In this document: positions 9,340 through 18,178 of the stretch, piece by piece
Numbering within the stretch: the stretch's first letter is position 1
How the letters are laid out: each line of letters opens with the position of its first letter
IMG/VR virus record: IMGVR_UViG_3300029822_000004
Coordinates: 1-64,000 of that record
From: a virus
Direction: 5' to 3' (one strand)
DNA length: 64,000 nt
Program-made: the position numbers and the translations under genes
Notes under the pieces: model-generated
What the model saw: only the letters and a program-made list of their open reading frames with translations
Told to the model about the DNA's origin: nothing
Database searches by the model: none

Positions 9340-10245
9340 ATGGCAAGCGTATACGAGATCGTAACCGAAAAGATTATCGAAAAGATGGACAAAGGTATCA
9401 TTCCGTGGCATCAACCTTGGCACGGAGCCAGTCAGATCGATGGTGTGTTGGGTTTCTATCGCAATGGCGTGTCGAAGCGCAAATACACAGGAATGAATAT
9501 CCTTATGCTTGCGGGATGCGGATATGATAGCCCAGACTTCTTTACGTTCAAGCAGATCAGTGACGCCGGAGCACATATCAGAAAGGGCGAGAAGTCCGAG
9601 ATGGTAGTGTTTTGGAAGCGCAGTCAATATCTATCAAAACCAGAGGAGGGTGATGACGACTCCGAGACTGAACTGAAAACAGGATTGCTTATGCGATATT
9701 ACAACGTATGGAATCGTGCACAGATTGAAGGACTGAAGCCACCAAAGGATGTACAAAATGCCGACAGCACTACACCAGAGGCACCAAAAATCCGCCCTAT
9801 TGACATGGCCGAGAAGGTAGTGCAGGGCTATCAGGACGGGCCGACAATCGCAGAGGGCGTCCAGCGTGCATATTATTCACCAGTCATTGACCATGTGAAT
9901 ATGCCAGAACGCCAATCCTTTATCAGTGCAGAGGCTTGGTACAGCACGTTATTTCATGAATTGACGCATTCCACGGGACACGATAAGCGCCTAAACCGTA
10001 AGGACATGAAAATCTATCGCAAGGAGTTTCGAGCGCGTGAAGAGCTGATTGCGGAGATCAGCGCGGCGTTCCTCTGTGAGCATTGCGGGATAGGTGCTCC
10101 GGTGATCGAAAACACCGTGGCATATGTACAATCGTGGAAGAAGCATCTCAAGGACGACCCGAGGATAATTGCCACGGCGGCGCAACAAGCACAAAAGGCG
10201 GCTAACTGGATACTGAACAACCGCAATCAGAACAAGGAGTACTAA
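9340..10245 (+). CDS. ardC: ArdC-family antirestriction protein (ssDNA-binding plus zincin-like metallopeptidase domain)
   Basis: IPWHQPW, YTGMN, TFKQ, IRKGEK, HELTHSTGH, EELIAE motifs. Confidence 0.9.
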   Translation: MASVYEIVTEKIIEKMDKGIIPWHQPWHGASQIDGVLGFYRNGVSKRKYTGMNILMLAGCGYDSPDFFTFKQISDAGAHIRKGEKSEMVVFWKRSQYLSKPEEGDDDSETELKTGLLMRYYNVWNRAQIEGLKPPKDVQNADSTTPEAPKIRPIDMAEKVVQGYQDGPTIAEGVQRAYYSPVIDHVNMPERQSFISAEAWYSTLFHELTHSTGHDKRLNRKDMKIYRKEFRAREELIAEISAAFLCEHCGIGAPVIENTVAYVQSWKKHLKDDPRIIATAAQQAQKAANWILNNRNQNKEY

Positions 10246-10246
10246 G

Positions 10247-10876
10247 ATGAGCTACACGATCAAGTTCAAAAATGGATGTATAGGGAAGTTTGAAGCACTT
10301 CACCACGAAGATCTTAGTTATGCCGATCTTCATGGTGCTGATCTTAGTTATGCCGATCTTCATGGTGCTGATCTTAGTTATGCCGATCTTCAGGATGCCA
10401 ATCTTCACGGTGCCAATCTTAGTGGTGCCAATCTTCACGGTGCCAATCTTAGTGGTACCAATCTTTATGGTGCCAATCTTCACTGTGCCAATCTTCACGG
10501 TGCCAATCTTAGCAGTGCAGATCTTGGCCCTGCCAATCTTAGTGGTGCCAATCTTAGCAGTGCCAATCTCAGTTGTGCAAATCTTCGTGGTGCAAATCTT
10601 AACAGTGCCAATCTTAGTGGTACCAATCTTAGTGGTGCTGATATTGATTTTTCTGTATGGCCTTTGTGGTGTGGGAGCCTCGGCGTTAAAACAGATAAAC
10701 GCGTCGCCGCCCAGCTGCTCTATCACGCTTTAGATGCGATGGAGAACTGCACCGATGCTTGTGTTAGGGATATGGTGTTGCGCCATAAGGATTTGCTAGA
10801 GTTTGCTAATTCCTTCCATCGTGTGGTGGACGGTGATTGTGCTTCCATTTGTGCCAAGACTAACAAGGAGGATTGA
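10247..10876 (+). CDS. Pentapeptide repeat protein
   Basis: ~22 A(D/N)Lxx repeats followed by WPLWCGS; exact 30-bp DNA tandem repeats at ~10310-10390. Confidence 0.9.
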   Translation: MSYTIKFKNGCIGKFEALHHEDLSYADLHGADLSYADLHGADLSYADLQDANLHGANLSGANLHGANLSGTNLYGANLHCANLHGANLSSADLGPANLSGANLSSANLSCANLRGANLNSANLSGTNLSGADIDFSVWPLWCGSLGVKTDKRVAAQLLYHALDAMENCTDACVRDMVLRHKDLLEFANSFHRVVDGDCASICAKTNKED

Positions 10877-10879
10877 ACA

Positions 10880-11389
10880 ATGGATAAGCAAAAGTATTAC
10901 GTAATCTCATGCGAAGATGCCGCGCACGCAGACGCCGACAACGACTGGATGTATGTTTCAACCAAGCCAGCATACGGCAACATGGATAAGCAGCCGGTTA
11001 TCTATGGATGGGCCGGTGCGACAAACGGCATCAGCGTGTGTGGCCTTGGTGAGTTCAATTCTGTGGAATCAGCGCTTGAGTACATCCATGAGAACTTTGA
11101 TTGTAGGGATGGTGATGAGAATGGCCTATATGACGACTTCAATCAAGACCCCGACATCATCCACACCTTCAAGCTCGGACTGCTACACGTGATGGACAGA
11201 CAGGAGACGGGTGATTATATGTGGGAGTGGCTAAAGGATATCACAGGAAAGGAAAGTGATAGTGACCTTGACAAGATGTGGGACAATGCACAAGAAAATG
11301 CAAGGGACAACGGATGTCTTGTTGGTGGCGGAGGTCTTGATATGCTTTATGCCAGGCGCGATGCAGTCAAGCACGAAAGAGAGGGATGA
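10880..11389 (+). CDS. Hypothetical acidic protein
   Basis: 169-aa ORF with AGGAGG RBS. Confidence 0.7.
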   Translation: MDKQKYYVISCEDAAHADADNDWMYVSTKPAYGNMDKQPVIYGWAGATNGISVCGLGEFNSVESALEYIHENFDCRDGDENGLYDDFNQDPDIIHTFKLGLLHVMDRQETGDYMWEWLKDITGKESDSDLDKMWDNAQENARDNGCLVGGGGLDMLYARRDAVKHEREG

Positions 11390-11673
11390 CCATGTGTAGA
11401 AACAGAAATTGTGAAAACTTTAATGCGGAATCGGCTAAACATGATTATTGCGTCAAATGCATAAAGATGGCGAATGAAGTAATGTCAAATGCACGATGCG
11501 TCAAGACGGGAAATAGACCTGAGTTCGAACAAGCATTAAGAATCGCTGAGCACGCCTTGAAGATTTATCAAAATACCTATTCTTCACCTGAACAATTGGA
11601 ATGGGCTACTATGATTTACCCATCTGGCTGGGCTGACTTGTTTGAAGGGAATAAAGAAGAGGTGAAGCCATGA
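11386..11673 (+). CDS. Hypothetical protein with N-terminal Cys motif
   Basis: CxxxxC...CxxC; ATGA overlap. Confidence 0.55.
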   Translation: MTMCRNRNCENFNAESAKHDYCVKCIKMANEVMSNARCVKTGNRPEFEQALRIAEHALKIYQNTYSSPEQLEWATMIYPSGWADLFEGNKEEVKP

Positions 11674-11775
11674 GCAGCAATAATTTCCAGATGGGTGGTA
11701 TGCTGAGGATTTGAAGCCGGTATTTGAGCGTGTTACTGGCTTGTACTTGAGTCTATAATACAAGGAGAAACGACA

Positions 11776-12030
11776 ATGAAGCAAACAAAAGTGACCATCC
11801 GGAGAGGTGAGTGCTACGGTGCTGGATATGTCTATAATGTCTATGGGCAGGATGGCATAGACAATGGCGAGCTGGTGGCAATCTATACCTCAGGCCCAAA
11901 CGGATTCAAATTGCATGGCTCAGGAGGAGTTCGTGGATGGTACAAATGCCACCGGTTATTCAAATCATTTGAGGAGCTGGTGAAGGCTCGTGGGTGGATT
12001 GTGCTGGAAAATGGTAGCGTTGACATCTAA
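11776..12030 (+). CDS. Hypothetical protein
   Basis: AAGGAG RBS. Confidence 0.6.
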   Translation: MKQTKVTIRRGECYGAGYVYNVYGQDGIDNGELVAIYTSGPNGFKLHGSGGVRGWYKCHRLFKSFEELVKARGWIVLENGSVDI

Positions 12031-12044
12031 AGGAGTACCGAGCA

Positions 12045-12437
12045 ATGGACATGGAAAAACGTAAGCAGATCATGAACTTTATCATCGAGAACGGAATTGA
12101 TGAATACGGCTGGTTGATTCGTGTATGGAACGAGTGTGTACTTAGCGCTGAATTGGGGAACGAGCTGCTAATCTTCAATAATACACCGGATGCTTTTCTG
12201 GCTGCTAGGGCACACGGTAAAGGGCCAATAGCGGGTAATCGGATGGTTAAGTACGCAGCGAAGGATGATTATGTCTGCTTTGCTGGCAAGCAGGCAAGGT
12301 CGTTTAGCGATTTGCGAGAAACCGACTGCCCACTTGATTTGTGTTTGATGGTGGAGTGCCTGTGTGATATGGATGATGATGAACGCCGGAGCCTTGGTAT
12401 CTATCTTGTGGACGAGGTAAGTCCTGATGAAGAGTGA
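12045..12437 (+). CDS. Hypothetical protein, possible distant paralog of 6569..6934
   Basis: Shared LxxxWNxC, IFxN-like and D(D/K)Y patterns. Confidence 0.6.
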   Translation: MDMEKRKQIMNFIIENGIDEYGWLIRVWNECVLSAELGNELLIFNNTPDAFLAARAHGKGPIAGNRMVKYAAKDDYVCFAGKQARSFSDLRETDCPLDLCLMVECLCDMDDDERRSLGIYLVDEVSPDEE

Positions 12438-12609
12438 TGTATAGTATAGCGGCATGGCACTTTACCCTTGCTTTAAGAACGTGAATAAAGGGCCATTTTA
12501 GGGCACTACGGCACTTCACCCTATAGGAACCGCCCTTACAGCACAACGCCTTAAAAATGGCCTATTATGCAAAGGGAATAGGCCATTTACACAACCAATA
12601 ACGGGAACA

Positions 12610-13110
12610 ATGACCATGACAAAGAAAACAAGGCACGACGTATTGAAGGAGTTTGTTGAATCACCAATCTTTAAGCGGCGCAATGATGATTCTGACTGGA
12701 TGCTGAGGACTGACCCGTTGAAGGGCGTGGATACTCGCGTGACTATGGCCATGCTATCAAGAGGCAGCACACCAGAAAGTATCAAGATTCATATGTTGGT
12801 AGATATCTGTGGGGCCGTAAATGCAATGAAAACGGTGGTTATCGACACTACGGATGACATTACATCGATATACGTTCTAGACAGCCGTTACCAATCCTTT
12901 GACCGTGAGCTGATTGATGTCGTCCGCAAGTGGCTCAATCAGGCACCAGAGGACGACATGATACATGATGAGAGCTTCTTGTCATCGATAGATGGCGACT
13001 CTGGTTACAAATATCTATGGTTGGTTGCGTGGGCAGGTGCATCGGTATGCGTGGGCTTCTGTGTCTTTTGTACATGGTTGAAAGTAAGTGAGTTTTTTGC
13101 GGGGTTGTGA
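12610..13110 (+). CDS. Hypothetical protein with C-terminal hydrophobic segment
   Basis: 166-aa ORF. Confidence 0.6.
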   Translation: MTMTKKTRHDVLKEFVESPIFKRRNDDSDWMLRTDPLKGVDTRVTMAMLSRGSTPESIKIHMLVDICGAVNAMKTVVIDTTDDITSIYVLDSRYQSFDRELIDVVRKWLNQAPEDDMIHDESFLSSIDGDSGYKYLWLVAWAGASVCVGFCVFCTWLKVSEFFAGL

Positions 13111-13430
13111 TGGATTACTTGACCATAGGTGAATTGCAACGGTCGTTTGACACAAAGCCAATCGACGAGCAGATAAAGATTGCCGGTGAGCTTGGTGAGT
13201 GGTGTGTGCGGGCTATAGAAACCAACGGCCTACATCGACATACGTACTGCATTCACCCTATGGAACTGCACATCACCAAGGCCATCGTCTACGGCATACC
13301 ACTTGAAACATTCATCGCTCAATATGTTGGAGTGAACGCAAAGACCAACCCTAAAACAATCAGAAGGCATTGGCGACGCATTAAGGCCATTATTGACACG
13401 GTGGATAATGAACGAAAGGATTACCAGTGA
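13107..13430 (+). CDS. Hypothetical protein
   Basis: Overlap-coupled ORF. Confidence 0.55.
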   Translation: MMDYLTIGELQRSFDTKPIDEQIKIAGELGEWCVRAIETNGLHRHTYCIHPMELHITKAIVYGIPLETFIAQYVGVNAKTNPKTIRRHWRRIKAIIDTVDNERKDYQ

Positions 13431-14080
13431 GAGGCCGTAGCAAACTTCTGGATATGATGCCACTTGTAAGCATGAGCGATGAAGAGCTAAGGGAACAGGT
13501 ATCAAAAGCAAAGGCCGGAGATGATGAGGCCGTTGCCATTGTCCTATCTGCTGTCATGCGCCGTGTCTACTGGCTTGCACAACGATATGAGCGGGTAGAC
13601 TTGCTTGACGACATGATACAAGAAGGTGCTATGGCTGTGATGGAGGCTATTGACAAGTTTGATCCTGAGAGGGCAAGGGATTCTTCGTTTATATCTTACA
13701 TGACGCTTTGGGTAAAATCTCGTATACGCGGCCATTTGAAGAAGGACGTGCAGATAAGGACACACGATAAGAGCGTTGAGTATGTAAGCATGGACGCGCC
13801 TATTGCTGATGATGAACGGGTGTGGCATGACGTACTGGCAGTGGATTCACAGTCACCGTACACGCAATGCCAACTGAGTCATGATGCAATAGTGATACGC
13901 GGTCTTGTGCATGAGCTTGACGACAAGGAACGCGATGCAATTATTATGACATTTGGCTTGGGTAGAGAGCCTATGCCGAGAGATGAGTATGCCCGTCGGT
14001 GTGGTGTTACAGGCCAGACAATCTACAATCGAGTACAGAGCGGCATAGGCAAAATGAGAAAGATGGCAGGATTGAAATGA
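13427..14080 (+). CDS. Sigma-70 family RNA polymerase sigma factor (copy 1)
   Basis: Region 2 DDMIQEGAMAVMEAIDKFDP...FISYMTLW; VSMDAP; region 4 HTH. Confidence 0.88.
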   Translation: MRGRSKLLDMMPLVSMSDEELREQVSKAKAGDDEAVAIVLSAVMRRVYWLAQRYERVDLLDDMIQEGAMAVMEAIDKFDPERARDSSFISYMTLWVKSRIRGHLKKDVQIRTHDKSVEYVSMDAPIADDERVWHDVLAVDSQSPYTQCQLSHDAIVIRGLVHELDDKERDAIIMTFGLGREPMPRDEYARRCGVTGQTIYNRVQSGIGKMRKMAGLK

Positions 14081-14304
14081 AAATGAAAGTAACAGTGGTA
14101 TTTGATGAGGAGATAGCGGTAGAACGGGCCGTGGATTTTGTTGCGAGGATATTAAGGAACAGGATTGAGTACATTAAACACAATCGCGACCACACTATTG
14201 AGTATGATAACGGGATGCTTAAGGCCGACCTGTATCCATCGGCAAAAGTAAATAAAGATGATCTGTGGTTTAGTGTCACGCAAGCAACGAACGAAGGGGA
14301 TTGA
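14077..14304 (+). CDS. Small hypothetical protein between the two sigma genes
   Basis: Start/stop overlaps on both sides. Confidence 0.55.
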   Translation: MKMKVTVVFDEEIAVERAVDFVARILRNRIEYIKHNRDHTIEYDNGMLKADLYPSAKVNKDDLWFSVTQATNEGD

Positions 14305-14987
14305 CACCAGTGAGCGAATCAAGCAAGTACATCATTGGCCATCTTGGTACTGTAGACCTTGACGATGCCACACTACGCAAGGAAGTAATCAAAGCGCAGA
14401 CCGGTGACGATTGCGCCATGAATACAGTAATATCGGCAGTCATCAAGCGCATACATTGGATAGCCTCTCGTTGTGGTCGTCCAGAGATGATGGATGACCT
14501 GGTGCAAGAGGGTGCGTTGGCCATAATGACAGCCGTTGAACGTTTCGATGCCGAGAAGGCCGGGAACTCGTCCTTTGTGTCCTATGCGTCATTGTGGGCT
14601 AAATCACGCATGAGGAATGCCCTAGCGCTGGCAGAGCCGGTAAGGTCACAGGATAAGGGTACGGCATTTCTGAGCTTTGATGCCATGCTATATGAAGATT
14701 CAGACAAAGCCCTACATGAGACTATTCCATCGACATACCCAACCCCGTATGCAGCCTATCGACAAGAGGAGGATGTAAAAACCATGTACGAACTATTGGA
14801 CAAACTGAGCCTAGAAGAAAAAGATGCGATCATGCGCGTGCTCGGTCTAGGCGATGGTGGCAAGGAGCGGAATATGGATGTGGCTGCGAGTTGTGGTGTT
14901 AGTAAGAACGCTATCACCAATCGTGTCAAGCGCGGCATCAAACGTATGCGGGCGATGGTGCAAACGAAGGAAGTGGGACAACTATGA
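14301..14987 (+). CDS. Sigma-70 family RNA polymerase sigma factor (copy 2)
   Basis: DDLVQEGALAIMTAVERFD...FVSYASLW; region 4 HTH CGVSKNAITNRVKRGIKRMR. Confidence 0.88.
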   Translation: MTPVSESSKYIIGHLGTVDLDDATLRKEVIKAQTGDDCAMNTVISAVIKRIHWIASRCGRPEMMDDLVQEGALAIMTAVERFDAEKAGNSSFVSYASLWAKSRMRNALALAEPVRSQDKGTAFLSFDAMLYEDSDKALHETIPSTYPTPYAAYRQEEDVKTMYELLDKLSLEEKDAIMRVLGLGDGGKERNMDVAASCGVSKNAITNRVKRGIKRMRAMVQTKEVGQL

Positions 14988-15280
14988 AGAACGAAACAAA
15001 TAAATCAGAATCTCGTACCTACACAACTGATGAGATGGTTGCACTTGTCAATAGATTGCTGGCGTACTTGGATGACAGAGATTGGAGACGCGTGGAGGAT
15101 ATATTTCCAGATGAATACGAAAGAGATATAGCTAGAAAGCTGACTGCTGGCTATGGTGAACTGACGCATTGTGCCATGTGCGGGCATTGGAAGTGGAATA
15201 AGGATATGTCTGGCCAGTGCTCGTTGCAGCTAAAAGGCAGGTGCGACAAGTTTTATAGAAAAGATCAGCAATGGAGATGA
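14984..15280 (+). CDS. Hypothetical protein with Cys-rich C-terminus
   Basis: CxxC...C...C. Confidence 0.55.
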   Translation: MKNETNKSESRTYTTDEMVALVNRLLAYLDDRDWRRVEDIFPDEYERDIARKLTAGYGELTHCAMCGHWKWNKDMSGQCSLQLKGRCDKFYRKDQQWR

Positions 15281-15283
15281 ATA

Positions 15284-15340
15284 ATGAAATACATGGGCAG
15301 TAAAAAGGCGATCGAAAAACTGTTCAGATGTAAAATGTAA
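15284..15340 (+). pseudogene. Probable internally deleted remnant of a Dam/D12-class adenine methyltransferase
   Basis: 18-aa ORF MKYMGSKKAIEKLFRCKM with GGAG RBS. Confidence 0.45.
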
Positions 15341-15349
15341 GGAGTAGCA

Positions 15350-15517
15350 ATGAACCCCACATGGAGAAATATATTACCGATTGCATATGCCGCAGTTCTG
15401 GTCGCTGTTAGGCTGGTTGCGCACAAATATGACATTCAAGACCCATATATCAGCGCACTATGTACCATCTTGTTGATTGCGTGTGTGTTCTGTTGGTTCG
15501 ATTCCTTTTTTAGTTGA
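15350..15517 (+). CDS. Small membrane protein with two hydrophobic segments (not in ORF track)
   Basis: 55 aa, AAGGAG RBS. Confidence 0.5.
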   Translation: MNPTWRNILPIAYAAVLVAVRLVAHKYDIQDPYISALCTILLIACVFCWFDSFFS

Positions 15518-16121
15518 TCCTCTTTATCTGCGGTGTCACATCTTTCAACTCTCGTGGTCGTTCAGAGAAGTTGAACACCACCGACACGGCCTTTGATTCG
15601 CTCTTTTCCTTTTCCGTCTGAGCGAGTTTAGCCAGGCCATCAATAGCCTTGAGTCGTGCCTGCGGGGCCATCTCGCCGTCGTCAGCAATTTCCTCATACA
15701 TCGACGCCAAGGATAGCTTGTTTGGCTGCGTCACTTCCCATTCAGTATTGATCAGATATTTGAGGCGTTCTCTGAATCGTGGCTTGCGCATCAATACACG
15801 CATGGAGTTTTTGTCTTGGAAGTGCTTTCCGGTGATGGTGAATCCGGCTTCCTTGTACAGCAGAAACAGATCATCGGATTTAGTTATACGGCGGTCGATT
15901 ATGTTCAGTAAAAAGGTTTCTATCTTTTCGTCGTCTATGGGATCTTCTGGATTGCCTTCCACATCGGCTGCTGGAAATGGACTCGTTGGCTCTGTATCGG
16001 CGTGTATGGCAGCGAGCTTCTGTCCTCTGGTGAGCGCTACATCGGCAGGTGGATTAGTTGGGTCGATTTCCACTATTTGCATAGACGCATCAAGTAAGTT
16101 TTTTGGCATAGTAAACGACAT
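15510..16121 (-). CDS. Possible terminase small subunit
   Basis: GGAG RBS at MSFTMP; YKEAGF, LMRKPRFRERL and ARLKAIDGLAKL resemble TerS signatures. Confidence 0.45.
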   Translation of the reverse strand: MSFTMPKNLLDASMQIVEIDPTNPPADVALTRGQKLAAIHADTEPTSPFPAADVEGNPEDPIDDEKIETFLLNIIDRRITKSDDLFLLYKEAGFTITGKHFQDKNSMRVLMRKPRFRERLKYLINTEWEVTQPNKLSLASMYEEIADDGEMAPQARLKAIDGLAKLAQTEKEKSESKAVSVVFNFSERPRELKDVTPQIKRIN

Positions 16122-16137
16122 TTTTAGTTTCTCCGGC

Positions 16138-16165
16138 TTGTATTTATAGCATTTAGTGCTATAGT
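16138..16165 (+). promoter_or_regulatory. Rightward promoter for the helicase/primase operon
   Basis: TTGTAT-N16-TATAGT with TG extension. Confidence 0.65.
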
Positions 16166-16167
16166 AT

Positions 16168-16195
16168 ATTATAGCGTAAAGAGAACGAAAGTCAA
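16168..16195 (-). promoter_or_regulatory. Leftward promoter for 15510..16121
   Basis: Minus strand TTGACT-N16-TATAAT. Confidence 0.7.
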
Positions 16196-16374
16196 GCTCA
16201 AACAGGTGTGAGGTGCAATCGCCATCGGCGGGTTTTATCCATTTTCCCCGCCAACCACTCCCATCACCCATCCAGTCTTCTCCTGCTGTGGGTGTGCAGG
16301 CCCTTGTTCCGTGTCCTGCCGTAATTGCATCGACGGAACGCTTTTTACACCACCACGAAAGCCCATAAATATTC

Positions 16375-17883
16375 ATGTATATCCACAACAACCATATTTA
16401 TTTCGAGCACAAAGGCCAGACGCTAAAGTTGCCTTATAGCGAAAAAGCGTTGGATACCCTAAGTGCTCGCGGCATAGATATAACTCCGATAACGACAGTC
16501 AATGGCCGACTGAAACGGGAGTTATATCCATTCCAATTTACGGCAATCCTCAAGTGTCGGGAACATGGCTGGAACTTGTTGCTTGCGGATCAGATGGGCG
16601 TTGGTAAGACCCTGACCGCCATCGCTTGTTCCGTGGCCTATGGTGCCGAGAAAACGCTGTACGTGGTGCCTGCAAACGTGAAGTACCAATGGCAGGACGA
16701 GATACTTAAAAGCGTGTCTGGTGCGCCTATTGTCCATGTATGCGAGGGCCAGACATTCACGGATGGGGACTTGCATTGGATAAGCCTTGCCAACCACATC
16801 ATCATTAACTATCAAATTGTCAACTACTGGATAGAGGCACTAACTACTGTCCATTACGACTTTATGATTCTGGATGAGGCGCACAAGATAAAACACCGCC
16901 AATCACAATGCGCCAAAGCCTGTCACACCATAAAAAGAAATGCCGACCACGCCATCTGTCTGTCCGGTACGCCATTGACAGACCGCACAGCCGATATCTG
17001 GAATGTAGTGAAGTTCGTAGACCCTACCATATTCCCATCAGAGTTCGCCTTCCAGCAGAGATATTGCACGGGCCTCAGTAGTACATCGGCAACCGTGTCC
17101 GTGAACACCCTTGACCTGCATCGGCAACTGACCAATTCCGGTGTGATGCTCCGCCGCACAAAGAAGGACGTGTACAAACAGTTGCCAAAAGTAGTGACCG
17201 AGATTGTGCCATTGAGAGTATCATCATCGGCCCTCGCTGAAGCTGAACGCAAATCGGTAGGCATGATGAGGAACATGGTGCGGTCTATTGGTGCAGGTAG
17301 AAATACCATGCAGTTCAAGTTTCAGGCATCCATGGAAGAGTATATGCAGGAGGCCGTCAAAGCTAAGATGCCCCTTATGCTCAAGTGGATAGAGGACTTT
17401 CTTGAGGACAGCGATGAAAAGCTGGTGGTAGCTGTAGTGCATCGTGAAAAGGCCGGCCATGTCATCTACCGGCACTTCAAGCATTGTTCTGTGCTCATTG
17501 ATGGCGCTGTGACGGGCAAGAACAAGGTGAAGATGAAAGAGCAATTCCTGAAAGACCCGAACACCCGGCTGCTTATTGGCAATGTACAGAGCATTGGTAC
17601 TGGCATTGACGGCCTGCAATCGGGTTGTAGCTCAATGGCCGTATGCGAATTGCCGTGGTCGCCGGCAGACTACCAGCAGCTTCTTGCCCGCCTAGATAGG
17701 AATGGCCAGAAGGAGACTGTCAATATCTTTGTGCTGTCCGTATATGGCTCAGTAGATGGCTATCTTGCCGGAGTGCTGGATCGCAAAGCCCGTGTTTTGC
17801 GTGAGGTCTTAGATGGCCGCCAGCCCGATGACGTAGAACTCATAACAGAACTAATGAAAGTGTACGATGCCCAAAACACCTAA
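16375..17883 (+). CDS. SNF2/SMARCAL1-like helicase
   Basis: LLADQMGVGKT, DEAH, LSGTP, RRTK, GTGIDG, QLLARLDRNGQ. Confidence 0.92.
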   Translation: MYIHNNHIYFEHKGQTLKLPYSEKALDTLSARGIDITPITTVNGRLKRELYPFQFTAILKCREHGWNLLLADQMGVGKTLTAIACSVAYGAEKTLYVVPANVKYQWQDEILKSVSGAPIVHVCEGQTFTDGDLHWISLANHIIINYQIVNYWIEALTTVHYDFMILDEAHKIKHRQSQCAKACHTIKRNADHAICLSGTPLTDRTADIWNVVKFVDPTIFPSEFAFQQRYCTGLSSTSATVSVNTLDLHRQLTNSGVMLRRTKKDVYKQLPKVVTEIVPLRVSSSALAEAERKSVGMMRNMVRSIGAGRNTMQFKFQASMEEYMQEAVKAKMPLMLKWIEDFLEDSDEKLVVAVVHREKAGHVIYRHFKHCSVLIDGAVTGKNKVKMKEQFLKDPNTRLLIGNVQSIGTGIDGLQSGCSSMAVCELPWSPADYQQLLARLDRNGQKETVNIFVLSVYGSVDGYLAGVLDRKARVLREVLDGRQPDDVELITELMKVYDAQNT

Positions 17884-18178
17884 AGAAAAGAAGATAACGT
17901 ACATCAAAAAGGGAACCAAGGTACGAGTCACAAACTGTATCGGCAAAGAGCGCGTTGGCATTATGGAAGGCTGTAATGACGTATTGGGCCATATCATTTT
18001 AGGCGATGGCTTCAGATTGGCTTTTGGTTGTGATGCGAAGATCGTCCCAGCGTCAAAGAATACGCCATTGTCTTTGTGTGATTATGTCATTGAGCGCGAT
18101 AGATTCTGGGATGTAGTGAGTGGCGAACCGAGCAAGCGATACAAGGATGTCTATTATGGAGAGCATTGGTATAATTGA
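17867..18178 (+). CDS. Hypothetical protein
   Basis: 103-aa ORF in operon. Confidence 0.55.
   Translation: MPKTPKEKKITYIKKGTKVRVTNCIGKERVGIMEGCNDVLGHIILGDGFRLAFGCDAKIVPASKNTPLSLCDYVIERDRFWDVVSGEPSKRYKDVYYGEHWYN

Noticed and set aside
10202-10733. Antisense and alternate-frame repeat ORFs over the pentapeptide gene
   Set aside because: By-products of 15-bp periodic sequence; no RBS
15494-15505. GGTTCGATTCC tRNA T-loop
   Set aside because: No acceptor, D or anticodon arms; lies inside a small membrane-protein ORF
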